From Nitrososphaerota archaeon (GTDB lineage: Archaea; Thermoproteota; Nitrososphaeria; Nitrososphaerales; UBA57): 32,000 bases of DNA. The notes beneath the pieces were generated by a model. The model searched no databases. It was given only the letters and a program-made list of their open reading frames with translations, and was not told the DNA's origin. How positions within the stretch are numbered: position 1 is the first letter of the stretch; each line of letters opens with the position of its first letter. Location: the NCBI GenBank assembly GCA_002713205.1, contig PAVW01000006.1, forward strand, positions 39,180-71,179. Reading direction: 5' to 3'. The translations under genes and the position numbers were made by a program. Positions 1 to 7,374 of this stretch are shown piece by piece.

Positions 1-2332
1 TGTCAAAAGATATCTTCTTTTTACCAATAGCAAATAATTGAAGATATTGTATTGCATATTTTGATTTTACAGGTAATTGCGTTGGAAGAACTTTTCCATC
101 TATTTTAATCAATGAAGAAATCAATGGCTCAATATTGATATAATTTAAGATAAATTCATTCATTATCAGATATTTTTTAAGTGTGTTAGTTTCATTTTCA
201 ATAATTTTTATTCCATATTCAATATTAGAGAGTCTATCAGAAACATCATTAAGTACCTGATCATCTAATTTTCCTAAAGATGCTTTAATATCTGAGATTA
301 ACTGTGTATCCTTACCCCAATGAAAATCAGCCGGAATTTTAGAATCATTTCGTTTTTCAAATTCATGTAATAATTGTAATAGTTCTTCAATAACTGTTCG
401 AGTTCCTGATTCAAGGAAAGCTAGCGAATCCATAACATCAGGTAAATAAAGAATCCCGCGAAAAGTTTCAAGATTTTCAAAATCCTTAGAAATTCTTTGA
501 GTAATAAGACCAGTTTCAGTTGTTTTCGGGTCTTTACCTAATGATTCATTTAATGGTAAAACATTAGATTCGTACATCTTAACTGATCGTTTAATCAACT
601 TTTTTAAATTGACAATAGTTTTTTGCATTATTTTCATGTATCTTTGATTTAATGAATTAATTGTTACTAACAATGAATCCAGAGCTTGTTCTCCCTGACC
701 TTGTTGAATGAAATTTTCGCTAATTGAAATAGATGTTGCTTCAAGTGTAGGATCGAAATTTCTTTGTACTACTTTAACAAGTTTATCAGAAATATTAATA
801 GTATTTTGTGATAATTCTAGAAGGAAATTATTTAAATCGTCCTGATGACTAAGAATTATTGTAAAGGCAATTTCTGCATCAGGATCTAAATGTGTTAACT
901 CAATATCAGGTAAATTAACTATTCCCAACTTATTTAAACTATTGAGCAGAGTCTTACTTTTATCTAATTGTCTATTATGATATTCAATTAATTTCTTATG
1001 CAAATTAATTTCATTTTCAGATTGAATAGCTGAAAGTTCATATATTATTTTAACTTTAGAATTTAAAATTTTATAAGATAAAGTATCAACACCATCAAGT
1101 GTAATAAGCAATTCCTCTTTGAATTTGTTAGCTGCAGTAAGTTCAAAATTGATATCAATTCCAGGACAAGCATCTTGAATTTTTTTTATTTTTTCAAAGA
1201 AAGCATCTACTAATAAAGAATGATCTTTACAAACTTTTTTAATTGTTTCATTCAATTGTGCAGATATATATCGTTTGGATAAACTTATTGAACTAACGGA
1301 AAGAATTACGCCAAACCCTCCAGCAGATAAAATAGTTTTTAATGAATTTGAAAAATTAAAACTGGTATAATAATCAAAGGGAATTTGCATGGTCTGTAAT
1401 GGAATAATAAAGAAAATACAGCCTAAAATAATAGTAAATATGAACGAGAAATCCGGAATTTGATTAAGATCAACACCACGTAACTTTAACCAAGGCCATA
1501 TTCTATCCATAATACCAACAACAGAAAATGTGACAAGTAGTAAAAGTGGAATAAATAAAATAACCAACCGATCAATTAATAAAAATAAATAAGGATGAAA
1601 TACGTCATTTTGTACAGTTAAAATTCCTGAAAATAATTCACGAATGACGGGTAAATCAAATGAAGATAACCTAGGATTCTCATTAAAAATCAATTGATTG
1701 AAAAGAGGTAGTGATTCTGAACTCATAATGTGAAAAATTTCTTGTGGATTTAAATTTTCATTAATATTTGCATTATATGCAAAAGAAAGAGCGCCAAAAG
1801 GAATAAGTATCATAAGAAACATAAAACACATTCCTAAATTGCGTAAGAATTCATGGTCTTTTCGAATTAAAACAATCGACAACATTAATGGAATAGAAAT
1901 GAAATAATAAGGAGTTAAAAATAATGCTCCTGATATTAGACCAATAATAGGTGATAACAAATTATTTTTATTAGTAAGAGATCTAACTGTGAATAATCCT
2001 ACAAAAAACAAATTAATTAATAACCACCAGAAAGGGACACTGGTTTGATATAGATAAGCTGGAATGAAAGTAAAAATCGATAGTGAAAATCCTATAAGAG
2101 GAGATCTAAAACCAATAACTGACGTTATAATAGCTATAAGAAATACTATTGGAACCGGATATAAGGGAATTACATACAACAATGTTGCAGTAAGAATAAA
2201 CAAGAGAATAGAAAGAAATACGTTCTGTAGGTTTTTACGGTATTGAATTTCTCGTTCTATTGCATTATCAATAGAAGGCGAGGGCCTTATACCAACTTTG
2301 TCAATAACTGAACTGTTAATGAGAGATGGCAA
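1..2332 (-). CDS. Polytopic membrane protein (about 10 predicted TM helices) with a long alpha-helical, coiled-coil-like cytoplasmic C-terminal region. Partial: the 3' end runs off the window. Not in the supplied ORF track.
   Basis: Hand translation of the minus strand. The frame with codons on + positions 2..4, 5..7 and so on is open from the window edge up to an in-frame TAG at 2437..2435. The first in-frame ATG is at 1885..1883. Clear hydrophobic helices lie upstream of it (NVFLSILLFILTATLLYVIPLY, PVPIVFLIAIITSVIGF, VPFWWLLINLFFVGLFTV). A non-ATG start is therefore implied: TTG 2332..2330, TTG 2383..2381 or GTG 2428..2426. After about aa 400 the product turns hydrophilic and heptad-like (NEINLHKKLIEYHNRQLDKSKTLLNSLNKLG, QRYMKIMQKTIVNLKKLIKRSVKMYE). 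Confidence 0.7.
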   Translation of the reverse strand, partial: MPSLINSSVIDKVGIRPSPSIDNAIEREIQYRKNLQNVFLSILLFILTATLLYVIPLYPVPIVFLIAIITSVIGFRSPLIGFSLSIFTFIPAYLYQTSVPFWWLLINLFFVGLFTVRSLTNKNNLLSPIIGLISGALFLTPYYFISIPLMLSIVLIRKDHEFLRNLGMCFMFLMILIPFGALSFAYNANINENLNPQEIFHIMSSESLPLFNQLIFNENPRLSSFDLPVIRELFSGILTVQNDVFHPYLFLLIDRLVILFIPLLLLVTFSVVGIMDRIWPWLKLRGVDLNQIPDFSFIFTIILGCIFFIIPLQTMQIPFDYYTSFNFSNSLKTILSAGGFGVILSVSSISLSKRYISAQLNETIKKVCKDHSLLVDAFFEKIKKIQDACPGIDINFELTAANKFKEELLITLDGVDTLSYKILNSKVKIIYELSAIQSENEINLHKKLIEYHNRQLDKSKTLLNSLNKLGIVNLPDIELTHLDPDAEIAFTIILSHQDDLNNFLLELSQNTINISDKLVKVVQRNFDPTLEATSISISENFIQQGQGEQALDSLLVTINSLNQRYMKIMQKTIVNLKKLIKRSVKMYESNVLPLNESLGKDPKTTETGLITQRISKDFENLETFRGILYLPDVMDSLAFLESGTRTVIEELLQLLHEFEKRNDSKIPADFHWGKDTQLISDIKASLGKLDDQVLNDVSDRLSNIEYGIKIIENETNTLKKYLIMNEFILNYINIEPLISSLIKIDGKVLPTQLPVKSKYAIQYLQLFAIGKKKISFD

Positions 2333-2363
2333 GGTAGTTTCTACATGTTTTTTATTATCAATA

Positions 2364-5069
2364 CTAAGAATCTGTATCTTCAATCTTTTCTGTAGTAGTA
2401 AGTTGATGATCAGGTGATATGTGAACACCTTGTTCTAATAGAAATGAATGAGAAAGGAGTGTTTCACCTTTTGTTGTTTGGTTGTAAAGTATTCCCATTT
2501 CCTTAAAATTGTCTAAATCCGAAGGAGATGCTTTTGCAGCAATAATGAGAAATCTCATTGTCCAAGGATCATCAGAATCAACTTCTCTAATATAGATGCT
2601 TTTAGATGCATCTTTACTTACATAGCCCGCAAGCATGGTTTTTGCTTCAGAATCTAAATCAGAATCCCAAATACCACGCGGACTAACTACAGTAAACCAC
2701 AGGTAATCAGTGCGATATTTTGAAGTCAACCCGAGAGTAGCAGGAATTCGAAAGATTCCCAAAGCACTTGCTAAATATTCTTTCAAATGTTTGCGATCAA
2801 TAATCTCATTGAGCATATTTTCCTGAGTTAAAGAAGCTTCATCTTCAAGTAAAATACGTTGCATAATTTTTAGTTGTTCACCTTCAGTTAGTTCTGCGAC
2901 ACGATCATAATAACCTCGATCTCTCATAGTTTCATTCATTTTTTCATAGTAAGAATTTTCAAAAGTAGTAGCTTCAGTTAACATTTTTCTATAATTAGAA
3001 GCTACTTCAAATTTTCTTTCAATATTAGTATAAGCAGAGAGTTTATTTTCAAGGATCTGTCTTTCACCACTTACAGCATTAATTTGTTGATCAATAAGAT
3101 GCAATTCATGTTCTAAATCAGAAGATTTACTTTGCATAATTTTTTTGCGCGGTCCTAGAAACCCAAATCGAATCTTTTTTGCCTGTCCACCAACACGATC
3201 TTTTTCCTGGGTTCTACTTTTCTGTTTTATTAATAATGATTCTTCATGTGTACGAAGAGTATCTAATCTTTCAGATATAATACGTTTCATTACTTGACAA
3301 TCACTTAATCGCGCATCAAGAGTTTTAACTTCTAATGAAATAGGGGAAAGAAGAGAAGATAATAAAGCAAAATTAATAACAAGTTCTGGATTAGATATTC
3401 TGGAAACAGATTCTTTCATACGATCATGTAATTCACTCTGATCGAGTTTATCAATAGTTTTAGATAATTTATCGGACAAATTATGAATTTGTAAGTAAAG
3501 TTTCAGACCGTCAAGATAATAATTTATTAATCCAATTAAATTAATTGTATCATTAATAATTTGTAATTGTCGAGGAGTTAAACTTTGAGCACTAGGGAGA
3601 GTTGATTGAAGATCTTCAGTGAGTGTTTTTACTTTTTCTTGTAATTTTTGATAATTTTGAGAGAGATTAAGGCTCAATGAGACCATTTCTTCAGAAAGAG
3701 ATCGTATTCTAGATTCAACTGTGCCGTCTACAGCATTTAATCCTATGGACAAAACAGATTTCGATAAATCCGTGATTAGACTTCTAACTGAATCTTCGAC
3801 CCCTCGAATATGCATAACAAGATCAGCGTCCATAGATGTCCCCTCACCAAGAAAACTCTGTACGGTCGATTCAAACCTTGATTCGTCATAAGTGTTTTTT
3901 TCAATAAGAAGTCGTCGATATATAGATTTTAATTCAAGAAAATCTGAGTCGAAGATTGTTTTCAAACCAAAAGTTTCTTTTGTTCCATTATAAATATCTA
4001 ATTTTTCCCGTCGTAATTCTCGAAGTCTATCGAGTTTATCTAGATAGATTTTTGTGAGATCAATAAATTCAGCAACAGGATAAGAAACTTTTAGAGTTGA
4101 CATAACATTGACCCATTTCCCATCTAAATCAACATTAGAACCAATATTACTAAATAAATCGGCTAAATCAAAGTTTAATGATTTCATTAGAATATCAACA
4201 ATAGCTTCATCAACTAATTTTCTAGCATCTAGTACACTACCAGCTCTGCTATAAGCAGGACCTAAGGACATCATAAGAAATGCAGTAAATGGATTTTGAT
4301 ATGTATCCCCATATTTACTAGTAATTTTATGATTTAATGATCTATCAATTGCAAATTCATGCTCTAACAATGCAGCATAGCTAGCAGCGCCTTTTGCAGG
4401 AGGATCATCACCACTACAAGGCAATATAGTTAAACCAATTATAGGAATTCCACTACCTATTTTTTTACGTAGATGTCGTGTAAAATCTAGTGCAGTGCCA
4501 CTTCCAGAACCACCGCCAAGTCCATAAATAATAAATATAATTGGTTGTACTGTAGAAGTAAAAACATGTTCCTTAAATTTATCCATATAACCATCAACAA
4601 GTTTTAGATGGTGATAATTTAAACCGTATATTGCTTTAGAAAGTGCACGTTTTCTTCCCACACCACCAGCTAAAGGAGGTATTTCCATTGAAGAGGAAAG
4701 CCAAGGAATATAGTTATCTGGTACTTTTACACCTTCTCTTTGTAAAAATTCAGGATAATTTTGGATAAAATCAAACATAGATTCAGGAGTTGGGAATTTC
4801 ATTGTCTTGCTAACCAATTTAATTTTATCAGCAGGAATATTATTAATCTTCAAATCGTCACCAAGTCTCTTATATGCCATATCAAGGCTACGAATGTCGT
4901 GATCAGCAACGTCCAATGATAAGAGAGATACCTTAACCCCTTCAATTTTTAGGAGGTCGATAAGATCAGATTTATTTTTAATAAATGCCTCAATTACATT
5001 AGCACCAGTTCCTCCTAATCCAATTATCTGTATAGAATTCGTATAACTGCGAGCTTTGTTTTCTGACAA
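2364..5069 (-). CDS. Giant FtsZ/tubulin-superfamily GTPase (901 aa) with a coiled-coil region of about 430 aa and a C-terminal beta-rich segment
   Basis: ORF track plus motifs in canonical order. T1 is IIGLGGTGAN (aa 15-24). The T3/H3-like motif is LAGGVGRKRA (aa 133-142, nt 4644..4673), compare FtsZ GAGxNPxxGRxAA. The T4 tubulin signature is GLGGGSGSGT (aa 183-192, nt 4494..4523). T7 is NFDLAD, matching NxDxxD (aa 299-304, nt 4158..4175), compare FtsZ NxDFADV. aa ~335-770 are heptad-rich (LDRLRELRREKLD, SLSEEMVSLSLNLSQNYQKLQEKVKTLTEDLQ, QILENKLSAYTNIERKFE). Confidence 0.8.
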   Translation of the reverse strand: MSENKARSYTNSIQIIGLGGTGANVIEAFIKNKSDLIDLLKIEGVKVSLLSLDVADHDIRSLDMAYKRLGDDLKINNIPADKIKLVSKTMKFPTPESMFDFIQNYPEFLQREGVKVPDNYIPWLSSSMEIPPLAGGVGRKRALSKAIYGLNYHHLKLVDGYMDKFKEHVFTSTVQPIIFIIYGLGGGSGSGTALDFTRHLRKKIGSGIPIIGLTILPCSGDDPPAKGAASYAALLEHEFAIDRSLNHKITSKYGDTYQNPFTAFLMMSLGPAYSRAGSVLDARKLVDEAIVDILMKSLNFDLADLFSNIGSNVDLDGKWVNVMSTLKVSYPVAEFIDLTKIYLDKLDRLRELRREKLDIYNGTKETFGLKTIFDSDFLELKSIYRRLLIEKNTYDESRFESTVQSFLGEGTSMDADLVMHIRGVEDSVRSLITDLSKSVLSIGLNAVDGTVESRIRSLSEEMVSLSLNLSQNYQKLQEKVKTLTEDLQSTLPSAQSLTPRQLQIINDTINLIGLINYYLDGLKLYLQIHNLSDKLSKTIDKLDQSELHDRMKESVSRISNPELVINFALLSSLLSPISLEVKTLDARLSDCQVMKRIISERLDTLRTHEESLLIKQKSRTQEKDRVGGQAKKIRFGFLGPRKKIMQSKSSDLEHELHLIDQQINAVSGERQILENKLSAYTNIERKFEVASNYRKMLTEATTFENSYYEKMNETMRDRGYYDRVAELTEGEQLKIMQRILLEDEASLTQENMLNEIIDRKHLKEYLASALGIFRIPATLGLTSKYRTDYLWFTVVSPRGIWDSDLDSEAKTMLAGYVSKDASKSIYIREVDSDDPWTMRFLIIAAKASPSDLDNFKEMGILYNQTTKGETLLSHSFLLEQGVHISPDHQLTTTEKIEDTDS

Positions 5070-5077
5070 CTATATCA

Positions 5078-6007
5078 CTACTCTAAATGTTCAAGTTCCT
5101 TTTTAATACTTTCAATTTCAGTTGCTAGTTCCTTATCAATTCGTTGTGCGCGAACTAATACAAGATCAAGTCGATTTGCTTTGTCATTCACATAGCTAAC
5201 TAAAAATGAATTTGAAGTACGAGCACGATAAAATAGAAATGCTAGAATTAATGAAATAAGTGCAAAAGAAATAGAAGCTGCCATATACAAAGTTGTAGTC
5301 ATAGGCGGTTCAGGGAAATCAGAATTAGGGATAGTAGAAAGAAGAACAATTGCATCATCATAAAAACCAAAAGAAGTTAATGTCTCTGCTTCATTAACAA
5401 TACTAAGTGCTAATTCAGAATACTTAGCATCCATACTGGTTTCAGATAATATTTTACGTTTATCAGATAACAAATTTTCATAAGTAATAATTGTCTGATC
5501 GGTAATTGTGTAAGTTTTATCATCAAGAATCTCCATAGACTCTAATGAAAGAATCAAAATAGAAAATTGTTGCAAAGAATGAACAGTTTTTTGTATATCT
5601 TGAAGTTGTTGTTCAGTTATATCACCAGGAATCATACCATTGAGAGTAAATTCTGCAATTCCTTCCTTAGCTTGAAACATAATTGATTGTGAACCAGGAG
5701 TCCACGTTGAAGTATCTACACCAGCATAATTATTTTCCAATGTCCAAAATTCATTTCCTGATTTTTCCATACTAGTAGAAAGTAAAATATTATCACTGAG
5801 TGTTGCACCAATTTCTATAGTAAACTTAACAGTATATGCACCACCAGCAACAAGAGACTTGTCTGTAATGTCATTTCCATTTGGATCCAATACAACAAAA
5901 CTAGATAGAACTGCGGGTGCTTGTTCAAAGGAAAGAGGAATTTGAAAACAACAAGTCAATAACAAGAAGAATAATAGTGCAGAAACAAAATTTAATTTTA
6001 AATTCAT
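5078..6007 (-). CDS. Bitopic (type I-like) membrane protein: N-terminal signal/anchor, extracellular beta-rich plus helical domain, C-terminal TM helix, short cytoplasmic coiled-coil tail
   Basis: ORF track. The N-terminus is hydrophobic (MNLKLNFVSALLFFLLLTCCF). A TM helix lies near the C-terminus (LYMAASISFALISLILAFLFY), followed by RARTS and then a charged helical tail (RLDLVLVRAQRIDKELATEIESIKKELEHLE). The stop is 8 nt upstream of the FtsZ-like start codon. Confidence 0.65.
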   Translation of the reverse strand: MNLKLNFVSALLFFLLLTCCFQIPLSFEQAPAVLSSFVVLDPNGNDITDKSLVAGGAYTVKFTIEIGATLSDNILLSTSMEKSGNEFWTLENNYAGVDTSTWTPGSQSIMFQAKEGIAEFTLNGMIPGDITEQQLQDIQKTVHSLQQFSILILSLESMEILDDKTYTITDQTIITYENLLSDKRKILSETSMDAKYSELALSIVNEAETLTSFGFYDDAIVLLSTIPNSDFPEPPMTTTLYMAASISFALISLILAFLFYRARTSNSFLVSYVNDKANRLDLVLVRAQRIDKELATEIESIKKELEHLE

Positions 6008-6025
6008 AATGATGTATGTTTTTAT

Positions 6026-6037
6026 TCAAATATATGT
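6026..6037 (-). promoter_or_regulatory. Candidate archaeal TATA-like element for the three-gene FtsZ-like cassette
   Basis: The minus strand reads ACATATATTTGAATAAAAAC, centred about 25 nt upstream of the ATG at 6007. This fits a leaderless or short-leader archaeal transcript. AT-rich background makes this weak evidence. Confidence 0.3.
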
Positions 6038-6082
6038 TTTAAGTATTTAATGATGAAAATACTGAATTATAGAACTGTCAAT

Positions 6083-6577
6083 CTATTCAATTAACGAAAA
6101 CGCTAATCTAACAGCATCATAAGCGTCATTTGCAACTAAATATCTATGTTCTGCAAATCCAATTGGAGTATTTACGAACCAATCGACAACACCGCCAGTA
6201 TTCTGTATTATAATAACAGGTTTATTTAGATTCAATGCAAGAGAAAGTTCAGAGAGCGTACCCCAACTTCCAGATATACCAATAACTGCATCCGCTACAC
6301 TCACCACAAAAAAATTTCTAATTTTACCAATTGATGTAGGTATACATATATCAATGAATTGATTTGCTGCATTAATATTGTCATCTGGTAATATACCCAC
6401 TGTAATTCCATTGTATTTTTTAGCGCCGCGAGATGCACATTCCATAACACCACCAAGACCACCACAAACAAGTATACCATTCTTTTTCGCAATCTCGATT
6501 CCAACTTTTTCTGCAATATCACTAATGTGAGTTGAAGAAACTTCATTACTTCCACAAACAGCAATTTTTTTTCTCAA
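6083..6577 (-). CDS. LOG / TIGR00725-like (SLOG superfamily) Rossmann-fold nucleotide-binding protein
   Basis: Motifs by eye: KIAVCGS; GILVCGGLGGVMECASRGA; and a PGGxGTxxE-like motif, SGSWGTLSE. Confidence 0.65.
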   Translation of the reverse strand: MRKKIAVCGSNEVSSTHISDIAEKVGIEIAKKNGILVCGGLGGVMECASRGAKKYNGITVGILPDDNINAANQFIDICIPTSIGKIRNFFVVSVADAVIGISGSWGTLSELSLALNLNKPVIIIQNTGGVVDWFVNTPIGFAEHRYLVANDAYDAVRLAFSLIE

Positions 6578-6580
6578 TGA

Positions 6581-7060
6581 CTAATCAGATACACTATATT
6601 TTCCACGATAATAAATTAATGGTTTAGAATTTTTGTTTAGACCTAACTTAATAACTCTACCAACAAAAATATGATGATCTCCTGATAAAAAAACAGAATC
6701 AACTTTACAGTCAATAAAAGCTAAAGCATTAATTAAAACCGGAGATCCACTAGTCCTATATTTCCATAGGTCATCATCAAATCTATTTTCCTTAGTTTTT
6801 GGATCGGCAAATTTTTGGCTAAGATTTTTTTGTTTATCAGTTAAAATATTCACAGTAAAAATTTTACTTTGTTTAATAAGTTTATAAGATTCAGCTTTAG
6901 TGTCAATACAAATTAAAACTAATGGAGGTGTTAAAGAAACGGACGTGAAAGCATTAACTGTTAAGCCATGAATTCTTCCATTTAATGAAGTTGTAACAAT
7001 GGTCACTCCTGTAGCAAAACATCCCAAAACAGTTTTAAATTTTTTAGAAGTAATAGGCAT
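6581..7060 (-). CDS. Flavin reductase-like FMN-binding domain protein
   Basis: Typical family signature FKTVLGCFATGVTIVTT...GLTVNAFTSVSLTPPLVLICID. Size about 160 aa. There is a 3-nt gap to the downstream LOG-like gene. Confidence 0.75.
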   Translation of the reverse strand: MPITSKKFKTVLGCFATGVTIVTTSLNGRIHGLTVNAFTSVSLTPPLVLICIDTKAESYKLIKQSKIFTVNILTDKQKNLSQKFADPKTKENRFDDDLWKYRTSGSPVLINALAFIDCKVDSVFLSGDHHIFVGRVIKLGLNKNSKPLIYYRGKYSVSD

Positions 7061-7145
7061 GAATTGGTATTATATTCGATTAATTACAATATATATTTAA
7101 ACAATTCAGGAAACTTTTTCTCGAAGATTTACCTAATATCATAAA

Positions 7146-7373
7146 ATGACTCAATGTGTAAAATGTAATTATGATAAAAAAGGCATAGAATCACTCGTTT
7201 TTCAAGGTGAAATCTGGAATAAGATAAGGAATAACATATGCATGGACTGCTGGAGCGAATGGGAAGATGATATGCAAATGAAAGTAATGAATGAATACAC
7301 CTTAGACTTATCAAATAAACAACATAGAAAATATTTAACAGAGAAAATGAAAGAGTTTTTAAGTTTAAATTAA
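7146..7373 (+). CDS. yggX: YggX-family Fe(2+)-trafficking / oxidative-damage protection protein
   Basis: 75 aa. The pattern C..C...........GE.....I.....C..CW.EW......MNE..L.L.....RK.L...M..FL parallels E. coli YggX as recalled from memory. Confidence 0.7.
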   Translation: MTQCVKCNYDKKGIESLVFQGEIWNKIRNNICMDCWSEWEDDMQMKVMNEYTLDLSNKQHRKYLTEKMKEFLSLN

Positions 7374-7374
7374 T

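Noticed and set aside
2064-2246. 60-aa plus-strand ORF, the only track entry in the first 2.3 kb
   Set aside because: It lies antisense inside the long uninterrupted minus-strand membrane-protein frame. The sequence is low-complexity and no motif is recognisable. It is most likely a shadow ORF.
6301-6564. 87-aa minus-strand ORF nested in the LOG-like gene
   Set aside because: It is an alternative frame of a gene with clear family motifs. The product is a compositionally odd string rich in L, V, K and Q, so it is spurious.
6083-7060. Whether the LOG/SLOG-like and flavin-reductase genes belong to the FtsZ-like cassette
   Set aside because: They are on the same strand and immediately upstream. 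However, a 75-nt spacer with a TATA-like element separates them from the cassette, whereas the cassette genes are 8 nt apart or overlapping. There is no functional logic I can support, so I left them outside the system. Synteny analysis could revise this.
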